Shown here: one piece after another, positions 1-11,968 of the stretch
How positions within the stretch are numbered: the first letter of the stretch is position 1
How the letters are laid out: each line of letters opens with the position of its first letter
NCBI RefSeq assembly: GCF_023055435.1
Contig: NW_025963857.1
Coordinates: 17,546,001 to 17,610,000, forward strand
DNA from: Haliotis rufescens
Taxonomy: Eukaryota
Direction: 5' to 3'
Length of the DNA stretch: 64,000 nucleotides
Notes under the pieces: generated by a model
The model's database searches: none
Seen by the model: the letters and a program-made list of their open reading frames with translations, nothing else
What the model was told of the DNA's origin: nothing
Translations under genes and position numbers: made by a program

Positions 1-409
1 TGTCTCTCCCTGCTCTGTGAGAGAACAGTATACACACATACATAGTGATATATGCTATACATACAGGGCTTGGGCTCCTTAATTAATTCACATGGCATCA
101 CAGGAGGTTGGAAATTGTACCCCTAACATGTTTGATAATCAAAATGAACCAGGAGTAATGTGACATTGTCAGGTTAAAGTGTAACCATGTTATACAGGGA
201 GTTAAGTGCTGTTGAAGGATAATAGGGGGTACATGCATGGTATTGGGGGAAGGGGGACATAGGCCTATACATAGCATATTAGTCATTGAAAAGTAGATTT
301 CAAGAGTACATATGGCATTGGAAGTTACTGATGGGCATTGGACCCTACATACAATAGAGATGGGTAAAAAGGGTATTGGATGGTACACATGGCATTCGAG
401 TGCACAGGA

Positions 410-480
410 AGTGAGTGAGTGAGTTTGGTTTTACGCTGCTTTTAGCCATATTCTAGCAATATCACGGCGGGGGACACCAG
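410..480 (-). mobile_element. 3' fragment of tRNA-derived SINE family A ((CTCA)n tail)
   Basis: gtgagtgagtgag tail plus ...gcaatatcacggcgggggacaccag, matching the full copy at 55453-55623. Confidence 0.75.
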
Positions 481-507
481 GGTCCACTTGCACAAAGCGA
501 TCTTAGC

Positions 508-730
508 ATGGGTGAATGGGTGGGGTGGTACATGAATGGGTGGGGTGGTACATGAATGGGTGGGGTGGCACATTAATGGGTGTAGTGGTACATGAATGGG
601 TGGGGTGGTACATGAATGGGTGGGGTGTGACATAAATGGGTGGGGTGGCACATGAATGAGTGGGGTGGCACATTAATGGGTGGGGTGGAACATGAATGGG
701 TGGGGTGTCACATGAATAAGTGGGGTGGGT
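508..730. repeat. 20-bp G-rich minisatellite (catgaatgggtggggtggta), ~11 copies
   Basis: Direct tandem repeats visible in the sequence. Confidence 0.95.
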
Positions 731-736
731 TGTTTG

Positions 737-2898
737 TCACTGAGTCTGACCATCAGATCCATTTAGTCACAGAGCAAGACCACCAGATCCATATAATCAC
801 CGAGCCTGACCATCAGATCCATTTAGTCACCAAGCCTGACCATCAGATCAATTTAATCACCGAGTCTGACCACCAGATCCATTTAGTCATCGAGCCTGAC
901 CACCAGATCCATTTAGTCATCGAGCCTGACCACCAGATCCATTTAGTCACCGAGCCTGACCATCAGATCAATTAAGTCACCAAGCCTGACCACCAGATCC
1001 ATTTAATCACCAAGCCTGACCACCAAATCCATTTAATCACCAAGCCTGACCATCAGATCCCTTTAATTACCGAGCCTGACAACCAGATCCATTTAGTCAC
1101 CGAGCCTGACCACCAGATCCATTTAGTCACCAAGTCTGACCAACAGATCCATTTAATCACCGAGCCTGACAACCAGATCCATTTAGTCACAGAGCAAGAC
1201 CACCAGATCCATTTAATCACCGAGCCTGACCACCAGATCCATTCAGTCACCAAGTCTAACCACCAGATCCATTTCGTCACCGAGCCTGACCATCAGATCC
1301 ATTTAGTCACCAAGCCTGACCACCAGATCCATTTAATCACCGAGCCTGACACCAGATCCATTTAAACACCGCGCCTGACCATCAGATCCATTTAGTCACC
1401 AAGCCTGACCATCAGATCAATTTAATCACCGAGTCTGACCACCAGATCCATTTAGTCATCGAGCCTGACCACCAGATCCATTTAGTCATCGAGCCTGACC
1501 ACCAGATCCATTTAGTCACCGAGCCTGACCATCAGATCAATTAAGTCACCAAGCCTGACCACCAGATCCATTTAATCACCAAGCCTGACCACCAAATCCA
1601 TTTAATCATCGAGCCTGATCATCAGATCGCTTTAATTACCGAGCCTGACAACCAGATCCATTTAGTCACCGAGCCTGACCACCAGATCCATTTAGTCACC
1701 AAGTCTGACCAACAGATCCATTTAATCACCGAGCCTGACAACCAGATCCATTTAGTCACAGAGCAAGACCACCAGATCCATTTAATCACCGAGCCTGACC
1801 ACCAGATCCATTCAGTCACCAAGTCTAACCACCAGATCCATTTCGTCACCAAGCCTGACCATCAGATCCATTTAGTCACCAAGCCTGACCACCAGATCCA
1901 TTTAATCACCGAGCCTGACACCAGATCCATTCAGTCACCGAGTCTGACCATCAGATCCCTTAGTCACCGAGCCAGGCCACCAGATCCATTTAGTCACCGA
2001 GTCTGACCACCCGATCCATTTTGTCACCAAGCCTGACCACCAGATCCATTTAGTCACCGAGTCTGACCACCAGATCCATTTAGTCACTGAGCCAGACCAT
2101 CAGATCCATTAAGTCACCAAGTCTGGACACCAGATCCATTTAATCACCGAGCCAGACCACCAGATCCATTTAATCACCGAGCCAGACCATCAGATCCAAT
2201 TAGTCACCGAGTCTGACCACCAGATCCATTTAGTCACCAAGCCTGACCACCAGATCCATTTAGTCACCAAGCTTGACCACCAGATCCATTTAATCACCGA
2301 GCCTGACCACCAGATCCATTTAATCACCGAGCCTGACCACCAGATCCATTTAATCACTGAGCCAGACCATCAGATCCATTCAGTCACTGAGTCTGACCAT
2401 CAGATCCATTCAGTCACCAAGTCTGACCACCAGATCCATTCAGTCACCGAGCCAGACCACTAGATCCCTTTAATCACCGAGCCTGACAACCAGATCCATT
2501 TAGTCACTGAGTCTGACCATCAGATCCCTTAGTCACCGAGCCAGACCACCAGATCCATTCAGTCACTGAGTCTGACCACCAGATCCATTTAGTCACCGAG
2601 TCTGACCACCCGATCCATTTAGTCACCGAGTCTGACCATCAGATCTATTTAGTCACCGAGCCTGACCATCAGATCCATTCAGTCACCGAGTCTGACCACC
2701 AGATCCATTTAGTCACCGAGTCTGACAACCAGATCCATTTAGTCACCGAGCCTGACCACCAGATCCATTTAGTCACCAAGCCTGACCATCAGATCCATTT
2801 AGTCACTGAGTCTGACCATCAGATCCATTTGGTCACCGAGTCTGACCACCAGATCCTTGTAGTCACCCAGTCTGACCACCCAATCCATTAAGTCACCT
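737..2898. repeat. 30-bp minisatellite (agtcaccgagcctgaccaccagatccattt), ~72 copies, with a 569-bp higher-order duplication; derived from retroposon family D
   Basis: Tandem units; the variant catcagatcaatttaatcaccgagtctgac recurs at 841 and 1410; the array runs out into family D sequence (cctcttatgacaagcat...). Confidence 0.95.
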
Positions 2899-2992
2899 CT
2901 TATGACAAGCATATATGTTGACCAACTCTAACCTGGAATCCCCACTGTGTAGGCCTACACAGTGGCACCAAAAGATGGAGTGTGGTACATTG

Positions 2993-3230
2993 TCCTGTGA
3001 AGATTCCAGGTTAGAATTAGTCTTCAGCAACCCATGAAGCGACTAACAGGATCGGTTTGTCAGGCTCTCTGACTTGGTGGATCATGTCATCATATTCCAG
3101 TTGCTTAGATTGATGCTCATGAAGTCAGTCACTAGATTGTCTGGTCTACATTTGATTATTTATAGACCATCGTCATAAAGCTGGAATATTGCTGAGTGTG
3201 GCATTAAACAACAACCAAAACAAAACATAA
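2993..3230 (+). mobile_element. Short retroposon family D, diverged copy
   Basis: tgtgaagattccaggttagaattagtcttcagcaaccc head and gctggaatattgctgagtgtggcattaaacaac tail. Confidence 0.85.
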
Positions 3231-5199
3231 AATGAATGTTTGGCTTGAACATAAAAGTTTGAAAAAATGTGCAAATAAATTGTCAACAATGAAGGTGTCG
3301 TGTCATTGAACATTATAATTTCGCTCATCATAAAATTAGCAGCCTTTGATAGACAAGGGAACCTTGTCATAGAAGTAATGTTAAAAGATTTAGAGTGTCC
3401 CTAGATTCAAATACAAAAAGGGAATACCTCTAGGACCCCAGGGCCCCCTTAATTATTAACACTGAATTGTATTGTGCAGGATGAGAGATAATGTAGCAGA
3501 TGATCTGGCACAGAGACGAATTAACGCTGTGGAGAGGTGACTAGCATATGGGTCATATCAACTACTGTGCATTGTGACTTGTTAGATTTTCACCCTGTTT
3601 CACCCAGTGATTACCTGATACATCATAACAGTATACACCATGTCAGGACATACAAAGATATGTGACCAAGGCTTGATAAATATTCATTACATTTCTTGGT
3701 ATGTTTAACCATGACTGACATGTGATTAGCATATTAAGGCACTATGTAAATGTATGGCAGGATATGAGGAATGGAGATTTCAAAAAAAGCTCTGCTCATG
3801 TTTAAACATGATGACATTTGACACATGTTGATTAATTTCACTGTAATTCAATTAACAACCATTTATAAAGAAATAAATTGAATAAATCAAAAACTGAAAT
3901 TCAACATGTTTGTTCCATGGTTCAATCCACTAGAAATTAGCTATAACTAGCTTTGACAACTCGAGCAAAAAAATCAAATTGGAAAATATAACATTAAAAC
4001 ACCCCATGTAAGCTGAGACTATACTTAATAACCCAAACACCAGTCTAACTGTGACCATGTCTCAGGAGGAATGTAGGGCCGCTCACAGCTGGACATCAAA
4101 ATCACCATGACAACACCTCCCCCATAACCATAGAAAACCCCCTCCCTACCCCCTGGGTCAGGTTGTGTTCAATATCCCCACCCCAGGGGTTTGCGCCAGG
4201 AGAGGAGAGAGGCTATCACTTGGCTGATACTGCCAGCGGGGTGCCCTGTTCCTCACTTTATCACAACCAGCACAATAGCTGATGAAGGCACCCCTTGGTA
4301 ACTGGCAACATTCACCTAGCTGAAACAGGTGACAGTCGGCTGTAGAGATATTGATCAACAAGGCCATGTAATATAGAGAGACCATAATGAAAGACACAAC
4401 TGACACATAGAGTGGTTGACCATATTTAATTCACTACTGTGACACTTAATTCTGACCTTATCAAAATGAATTGTCTCAACACATTATGAAAATGATGAAA
4501 TAAACTCATACAAAAAATATATCCCTAAAATTTCTGTTTTAGTTTGCAACAGAATATCTGAATATAAAGAGGGAATATATTTTGGACAAAAAGAAGTTAT
4601 TGTAGGGAGGTAAATCATATTGTGATATAATGCATGAATGATTCGCTTGGTGTGTTGTGTGGATGAGAGAGAATCAGATACATGATTCAAACTTGAACCT
4701 ATCCTGACATCTGACAGCATTAAAATCATTTTTTTAACTGACAAATCAACGAGTACAAAAATAATCAATATTCCATTCATTACTATCACTTCGCCGATAG
4801 TACCATACGATCTGACTGAACGATGAACATCATAATTCAGAATCAAATAAATAAACGGAATTTGGTAATCTGGTTAAGTGAAATTTGTCATTTCCTTAAG
4901 ATTTCACAGCAGACATAATGTAGAAATCTTATAAAACGCCATATGAAAAGAAAGTCCAAAAACGTGTTACTTCCAATCTAGTTCGACTCACTCGTTCACT
5001 TCCAGGAACCAAGCCCACCGCCTCTCTCTCAATCGTGAGACCCCATGTGACAGTCATACCACTCAACGCGACACTATTTCCTGCAGTGTCAGACTCCCAA
5101 CAGCTGAGATTTCACTATACAAGAAATTCTGAGTACTCACACATACAAAGCACTGACAACAATCACAGCACATTAAACATATACATTATCTTTACTTAC

Positions 5200-5239
5200 G
5201 TTTGCAAGATTTAGGTCGTGCTTGCTTTCGGCGCGACAT
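5200..5239 (-). CDS. First coding exon (40 nt) of a NuRD-recruiting C2H2 zinc-finger factor (ZNF423/ZNF521, FOG/ZFPM, SALL or BCL11 class); gene continues beyond the left edge
   Basis: Minus strand ATG TCG CGC CGA AAG CAA GCA CGA CCT AAA TCT TGC AAA C|gtaagt = MSRRKQARPKSCK, the known N-terminal MSRRKQxxP NuRD-binding motif, followed by a perfect donor site. Confidence 0.85.
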
Positions 5240-6696
5240 TTCAGACCTTGGTTTCCCAACGCAGCTTGTCTGAGAGAGCGCACGGCGCTGTATTCCGCTG
5301 TTGAAAGCTAAAACCCAGCATGTGGGCCCAAGCTACGTCATGAAATGAATATTGAATTGCCCTGAAACTAACTGCGCCCAAGGGGGCCTCTCCCCCGGGA
5401 CCCAACCTTTCCCGTACACCCCGAGTCCGCCACGAGATGCAGTCGCCTGGGGGATGAGGTTCGTGGTATATTTAGCTCTGGCGACGTGCAGGCCTCGGAG
5501 ATAACACATGTGAATAGTTCGGACTCCCTGGGGAGCAGAAAAACGCCGACTTCTCCCTCCAATGAGCGAACTACTTCTAGTTCGTGGTCCCAGTGGGGTT
5601 CCCAATCTGCCATCTTTCACATGGCAATGGCTCGATGTAAACATAACGAGTTGTCTACTACGCATGCGTTGAAGAGCGTCTGCTACTAGGAAAAGATAAC
5701 TCTGAATAGATTCAATCAAGTTTCCCACTAAAAAGAAGATAATAGTTTCATCAAATGAACACAATCAATCTTTGTTGTTTTATAGAAATAGTTATCACAA
5801 TCGGTAATAATGTACACACACTAATAAGAACACTAACACACATACACACACACTAACTCTCTTATACTTGTGTAAATATTTTGATCACACTTTTCGCGTT
5901 CAACATTTATATAGCAACATTATTAGGGCAAATGAATGCCAGTGTCGTATTGTCTTTTTTAAAATGGTATGTTCTTTCATTTTAGCACCTAAATTAATCG
6001 TTACGCTTTTAAACATTGATTTCATTACAAGATAAGTAATGCCCCAATTAATAGCTTAATCAATTCATGAATAAATTCAAGCACTGACAAATATGATTCT
6101 TCGTTAATCCATTCTCAGATAAACAGAAGTTTTGGAAGCAATGTCACTCATTGTCCGCCCGCTTACTTGTAGCCCACAAAAGCAGAAAATGTAATGTAGT
6201 TGGATTTGACATTTTCACACCTCCGTCCAAACATCAAGTACTAGATCTACCTATTAAACACATGTGCGCGCATCTTGGAAAAATCCCAACCAAATATATG
6301 CTTTTGTGTCACTTTTCATGATACAATTATAGCATCTGACAAACTATGACTCATCCGCAGTTCTTGAATTCCACTATTCGGCGGCTTAGTACAAGGAAAT
6401 GTCAATCACTGGATTGTCTGGTCCAGACTCGATTATTTACAGACCGCCGTCATATAGCTGGAATATTGCCGACACACAAACAAACAAAACAAAACAAAAA
6501 ACTAGGAAATGAAAGAGAAACAATCTCGTAGTCAACCATATTAGTGACACACCCAATCGTGTTACACTTGACTGCTGATTCCATTCTGAGCAAGGTGTGC
6601 AATCGGGATAGCTTCATCTCGTGAAATTAGCGCTGCATTTCAAAAACAAAACAAAACAAAAAAACTTATGCCCAGTGCACAACAGTTTCAGCAACA

Positions 6697-6782
6697 GAAA
6701 TGATTCCCTTTCATGCGGTGGCGTTCTCCCATATACCTGTATTTATAGGGGTGAACGCCACCGCATGAAAGGGAGTCATTTC
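6697..6782. repeat. 86-bp near-perfect hairpin (39-bp arms, 3 mismatches)
   Basis: gaaatgattccctttcatgcggtggcgttc... pairs with ...gaacgccaccgcatgaaagggagtcatttc. Confidence 0.9.
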
Positions 6783-7052
6783 CGTAAAGATTCCGGGGTA
6801 GAATAGGTCTTCAGCAACCCATGCTTGCCGTAAAAGGCGACTATGCTTGTCGTAAAAGGCGACTAACGGGATCGGGTGGTCAGGCTCGCTGACTTGGTTG
6901 AAGCATGTCATCGATCCCAATTGCGTGGATCGATGCTCATGATATCAATCACTGGATTGTCTGGTCCAGACTCGATTATTTACAACCGCCGTCATATAGC
7001 TGGAATATTGCTGAGTGCGGCGTTAAACAACAAACCAACCAACCAACCAACA
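6781..7052 (+). mobile_element. Short retroposon family D (~270 bp, no tRNA head, (AACC/AAAC)n tail)
   Basis: Near-consensus copy. Other copies at ~9135-9300(-), 10211-10460(+), 13955-14140(+), 14480-14720(+), 29465-29730(-), 35666-35895(+), 36280-36525(-), 45031-45170(+), 49695-49930(-). Confidence 0.9.
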
Positions 7053-8041
7053 ACCTGTATTTATTATCATACAAAGCAGGATATATCGCTGCAATGAAAT
7101 GGCTTCGGTTACCATGACGTCACAATCAAATGTCATCACCAATGGCTGCTACTGAAGCTGGTTAGCGGTACGTTTTACACTCAACCCACTTCTAATTACT
7201 GTTTAAAAACTAAACATGATGGAAGGATGATGTTGAACGACAAATAGAATCCCACCCTCTATTGATGAAATATATAAACACTCGTCGATAAAAATTTAAA
7301 ACTCACCGACAAGCCTCTGAGTTTAATACTTTTATCGACTCATGTAGATATAGATCTACATATGTTTAAGAACTAAACAAATCGTTGTTTATCGTACAGT
7401 GAAGCACTGCAGTGAGAATAAACCATGAGTATATATTCCATTCAGGGAGTGATCATTATTAAAATTTGGGTAAATATTTTCTAGCTTGTACATTTTATCA
7501 ACATCCTCCATGAGGCTGTAAATATTGTTGATATCTCGTATAAAAAATAAACCACTCGTGGTCGTCGTTAATCGTACAATAACACATTGCAGGGGGAATA
7601 AACAACTCGGGACTGGGCCCCTCATGGTTTATTCTCTCTGCAATGTTTTATTGTGCAATAAACAACCCCAACTTGTATATTTCTTAATCAAAAGACACTC
7701 GGTGAGATTCTCTATACCAAGCTGGCTTCCACAGGAGGTGTCGCTTGTGAAGGATCAAGCGATATCTCATATGAGGTATCTTTACAATGAAATTACATCA
7801 CACTGTTTTGTATATCATTGTTATGTCATCACTTATCATGACGTCACAATCAAATGACATGCACTAATCACTCTGCCACTAAAACTGGTTAGCTCTACAT
7901 TTTACACTCAAGACACTGGTTATTCTGTTTACAAACTTTAAAAGTTGAAAGAATGAGTTGGGATGATAAAAAGAATCTTACCCGAGTGTCTTTTGATATC
8001 AACACGATTCGATAAAAGTTTGAACTCCGAGGCTTGCAGAG

Positions 8042-8324
8042 TGAGTGAGTGAGTGAGTTGGGTTTAACGCCTCTTTTAACATTATTCCAGTTATATCACG
8101 GCGTGTCAGCTTAATGTGGGAGGAAAGCCCGAAGTGATGCAGGTCTCAGACGTTTACCACTTCGGTGAAACCCACGAGCACGGGTATGGTGCTGACAAAC
8201 CTAGAAACATAATCGGGGCGAACCGGGATTCGAACCCACAATCATAGGTTTCTGGCATGTCCAAGGGACGCAACTCTGCACAGCGAATCGCGGCGCCTCA
8301 GACGATTGGGCAATCCGTGCCCCC
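8042..8324 (-). mobile_element. tRNA-derived SINE family B
   Basis: Reverse complement of 17010-17290; TSD ggcttgc(a/c)gag. Confidence 0.9.
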
Positions 8325-8662
8325 GGCTTGCCGAGACATATAAAGATGATCTGTATATCTGAAGAACAATACTCTAGTTGTATCATTCATTCTGATGTAT
8401 AGCCAAGATGGAGACTGACGCTGTGTATGATAAAGCGGCAGTTGAAATGGTAGATGATGGATATCTGCTGTAATTCCTGAAGTTTTTTAGAATACATATC
8501 GTTTTACCAACAATCATGACGATAGTGCAAGGTGCCGTTCATTTCCAGCGTTTTTATTTATTGACTTCAACTCTAGAAACCCTGAAAACATATCGACAGA
8601 AACGCCCTGTTTAACCACCACCACTCCTCCTAAAAAGAATACAGGAACATCGGATTTGACCT

Positions 8663-8900
8663 TTAAACGTTATCAAAACGTGAATGGTCTGGACACAGTC
8701 GCCGAAACACCTCAAACGTCAGTTCCACAAAACACAACAATGATGCCCGTATAAAAAAAACACCATCGAATAACCATTTCTTGTTTGTCTCATTATTAGC
8801 TACTATCAAACATGGGTGTATGCTTTCTTTTCGTTCATACCAAATTCTAAACTCAAACACTAGTACCGCTTTCGTCCTCAAATCTAAAGCAGTTTATCTT
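8663..8900 (-). pseudogene. Frameshifted coding fragment of an unidentified protein, paralogous to 15630-15880
   Basis: KESIHPCLIVANNETNKKWLF aligns with KETIQPSLMVAKSEINRKWLF; TGII is shared after a frameshift. Confidence 0.5.
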
Positions 8901-9307
8901 TGTTTGTTTTTTGTGTAACTCCACGTTCAGCAATATTTCAGCTATATGACGACGAGTCTTTGAATGGCATTTAAAAGTGATACACATATTAAGAGAGAAC
9001 TTATGGATGTCAACTTCTTTATTATGACGAACACAACGCTTCGGAATATATGCTTACTTCGTTATCATTCACCTGCTAAAGGAATAAGTATATACTCCGA
9101 AATGTTGACTTTCATAAATTCTCTTTCTTAAAGGACGGCGATATGTAAATAATCTAGTCTGTCTGGACCAGACAATCCGGTGACTGACATCATAAGCATC
9201 GATCTATGCAATTGGGATACGATGACATGCACCAACTAAGTCACCGAATCTGTCCACACGAACCTGTCAGTCGCCTCCTTCGACAAGCATGGGTTGCTGA
9301 TGATCAG

Positions 9308-9787
9308 ACCGACTCCGTGGTCTATTGGTAGAGCGTCCGCCCCGAGAGCGGAGGGTNNNNNNNNNNNNNNNNNNNNNNNNNNNNNNNNNNNNNNNNNNNN
9401 NNNNNNNNNNNNNNNNNNNNNNNNNNNNNNNNNNNNNNNNNNNNNNNNNNNNNNNNNNNNNNNNNNNNNNNNNNNNNNNNNNNNNNNNNNNNNNNNNNNN
9501 NNTCATATCAAAAGACGTTAAAAGATGGTAACTTGTTGTTACCCTGACTGGCGCTCGGCATTAAGGGGCTAAAACAGGTCGGCATACTGTGTCAATATAC
9601 TGTGTCTGAGTTGGGTATTCATTTTAAACTGCGGCATAGTATCTCAGTGAGCTAGCACTATCAATCTGCATCAGCCAGGACTAGTATATGTAGCCACACC
9701 CCCGCCACACACACACGCGCGCATGCACGCCGCTATATAACTGCAATAACATTGGACGCGACGTTAAACCCAATTTCACCTCACCTC
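9308..9787 (+). mobile_element. tRNA-derived SINE family C ((CACCT)n tail), spanning an assembly gap (N 9357-9502)
   Basis: gaccgactccgtggtctattggtagagcg head; body matches 57508-57872. Confidence 0.85.
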
Positions 9788-10210
9788 ATCTGAAGACCAA
9801 TTCACGGTTAAAGCATTTAATGACAGAAATGCAACGATCGTATCAAACGTGTTCACATTGTTCTATTATTCCTAATATGCACCAGCACAAGGTTGGCCGT
9901 GTATTATACATGTGACTTGCCTACGGCGGGACGTCAGTAATACATTGGTCAAGGCATCGACGGTCGGCACTGTGGGCTGGTAGTTATCGCCACAAACAGG
10001 CTGTGCAGTGATGCAGAAACCCGCTGATCATCTCACGGTCCTTAATTAGCAGCATCAATGTAATTTGCTCCGTCAGCTTCGAGGTGTGAAACAATTAACG
10101 GTACCCTAAATCCCAAGTATCTTTTGCACCTGCCAAAGCTAATTAAGTCTGGCCTAGATTGTCTGTCTTGTGCTTAGTTGATGCTTGTTTATAAATCCGG
10201 GTCTACCAGC

Positions 10211-10460
10211 ACGTGAAGATCCGGGGTAGAATTGGTCTTCAGCAACCCATGCTTGCCGTAAAAGGCGACTATGCTTGTCGTAAGAGGCGACTAACGGGAT
10301 CGGGTGGTCAGGCTCGCTGACTTGGTTGATTCATGTCATCGTATCCCAATTGCGTGGATCGATGCTCATGATGTCAATCACTGAATTATCTGGCCCAGAC
10401 TCGATTATTTACAGACCGCCGTCATATAGCTGGAGTATTGCTGAGTGCGGTGTTAAACAT
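10211..10460 (+). mobile_element. Short retroposon family D
   Basis: cgtgaagatccggggtagaattggtcttcagcaaccc... near consensus. Confidence 0.9.
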
Positions 10461-10976
10461 CATGACATGATAATATTTGATATTTGGACATGCCTTCAGT
10501 CAGAATGATATTCAGTTAAATGTTGGGTGTCTTTTTTAATATTGTTGAAATTTGACAGAATAAAAATATGGAAAAAATAATGCATATGACTGATTGCCTG
10601 GTCCAGACTCGATTATTTACAGACCGCCGTCATACAGCTGGAATATTGCTGAGTGCGGCATTATTCCATTAAACAACAACCATAGATATATACGTCTTTG
10701 TGCGACAGCAGCGATGGTTGGAAGCATTCATAAAATATCTACCTTGTAAGTCGCGATAAGGACTACACATTTACACATAACATTTAACTGAAACACAACA
10801 ACATGGCGACGTGCCCAAGCTTCCAGAACCAGCGCCAACTATAATGACTGCATTAAACAATAGGGTAACTATTGTAGGCATAATAAACACTGCAATAGTA
10901 TTGCAATTTTTGAACACTACTTCGATACTTTTGCAAAGCTGCATGTGTACATGTATCCATACTATGTAATGGTATG

Positions 10977-11151
10977 AGGGGCGGTCGGGTAGCCTAGTGG
11001 TTAAAGCGTTCGCCCGTCACGCCGAAGATTCGGGTTCGATTCCCGACGTGGGTACAATGTGTGAAGCCCATTTTTGGTGTCCCCCGCCGTGATATTGCCG
11101 GAATAATGCAAAAAGCGGCGTAAAACAATACTCACTCACTCACTCACTCAC
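10977..11151 (+). mobile_element. tRNA-derived SINE family A, full length
   Basis: A box tagcctagtgg, B box ggttcgattcc, (ctca)n tail, 12-bp TSD tgtaatggtatg. Other copies ~11485-11655(+), 14302-14463(+), 18087-18190(-), 18218-18385(+), 23614-23776(+), 43130-43303(-), 44302-44460(+), 50460-50560(+). Confidence 0.95.
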
Positions 11152-11710
11152 TGTAATGGTATGGTAAACCGTTTACCTTTGTCAGTTCCCACAATGTAGA
11201 TTTCCATACATAATTCGACAGGATGCTAAACCCTGGATTTCTTTATTCCTGTAGAATACCAGAGAAGCTTACGTTTGTGCGTAATTGTTCCGAAGTCTCT
11301 TCAGACAGAGTTTATTTTCGAAAGAAACGAACGGTAAAGTAAATTATTATAATAATTATTTTCATTTCTGTCATAAGCGGAGAACGAGATTGATTATAAC
11401 TACTGACATGCTACTTGTAATCCATGTGTGCGTAGACCTATACCGAACATTGCAGTTCGAACAGTCGTAACACCCCTATTACATAGGAGCCGTGGGGTAG
11501 CCTAGTGATCAGAGCGTTAGCTCGTCACGCCGAAGGCCCGGTTCGATTCCCCTCATGGGTACACTGTGTGGAGCCCACTTAAGGAGTCCACAATGGAGCC
11601 CCCGCCGTGATAGTGCTGTAAAATTGCTAAAAGCGGCGTAAAATACTTACTCAACTAGGGATGACCACACGAAACTGTTCTGCAATTTAACAATGTATTG
11701 TTCTGCATGG

Positions 11711-11968
11711 TGAGTGAGTGAGTTGGGTTTAACGCCGCTTTTAACAGTATTCCAGTTATATCGCGGCGTGTGGGAGGAAAGCCCGAAGTGATGCAGGTCT
11801 CAGACGTTTACCACTTCGGTGAAACCCACGAGCACGGGTATGGTGCTGACAAACCTAGAAACATAATCGGGATTCGAACCCACAATCATAGGTTTCTGGC
11901 GTGCCAAAGGGACGCAACTCTGCACAGCGAATCGCGGCGCCTTAGACGAATGGGCCACCCGTGTCCCC
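11711..11968 (-). mobile_element. tRNA-derived SINE family B
   Basis: 12-bp TSD tgttctgcatgg; homologous to 17010-17290. Confidence 0.9.

Noticed and set aside
442-1852. Repetitive ORFs (EPDHQIHLVT, KWIWWSGSV, PPHP)
   Set aside because: Translations of non-coding minisatellites with stops and 1-nt indels
5240-5420. RNase P/MRP-like ncRNA (aaggtctga and gggaaag...ccc motifs)
   Set aside because: The conserved regions are not in the right order or spacing; better explained as the 5' UTR of the MSRRKQ gene
6876-7117. Recurrent short ORFs such as MVRLADLV.../SGPDSIIYRPPSY throughout the window
   Set aside because: Incidental translations of retroposon family D copies, not a gene family
9357-9502. 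Possible insertion hidden in the N gap, and X-containing ORFs
   Set aside because: Only ~23 nt of the SINE-C consensus is missing across a 146-N gap; the content cannot be read
10977-11060. tRNA genes at SINE heads (also 17010, 26677, 57508)
   Set aside because: A/B boxes are present, but heads run into SINE bodies with tails and TSDs (or repeat units) and lack a proper acceptor stem and terminator
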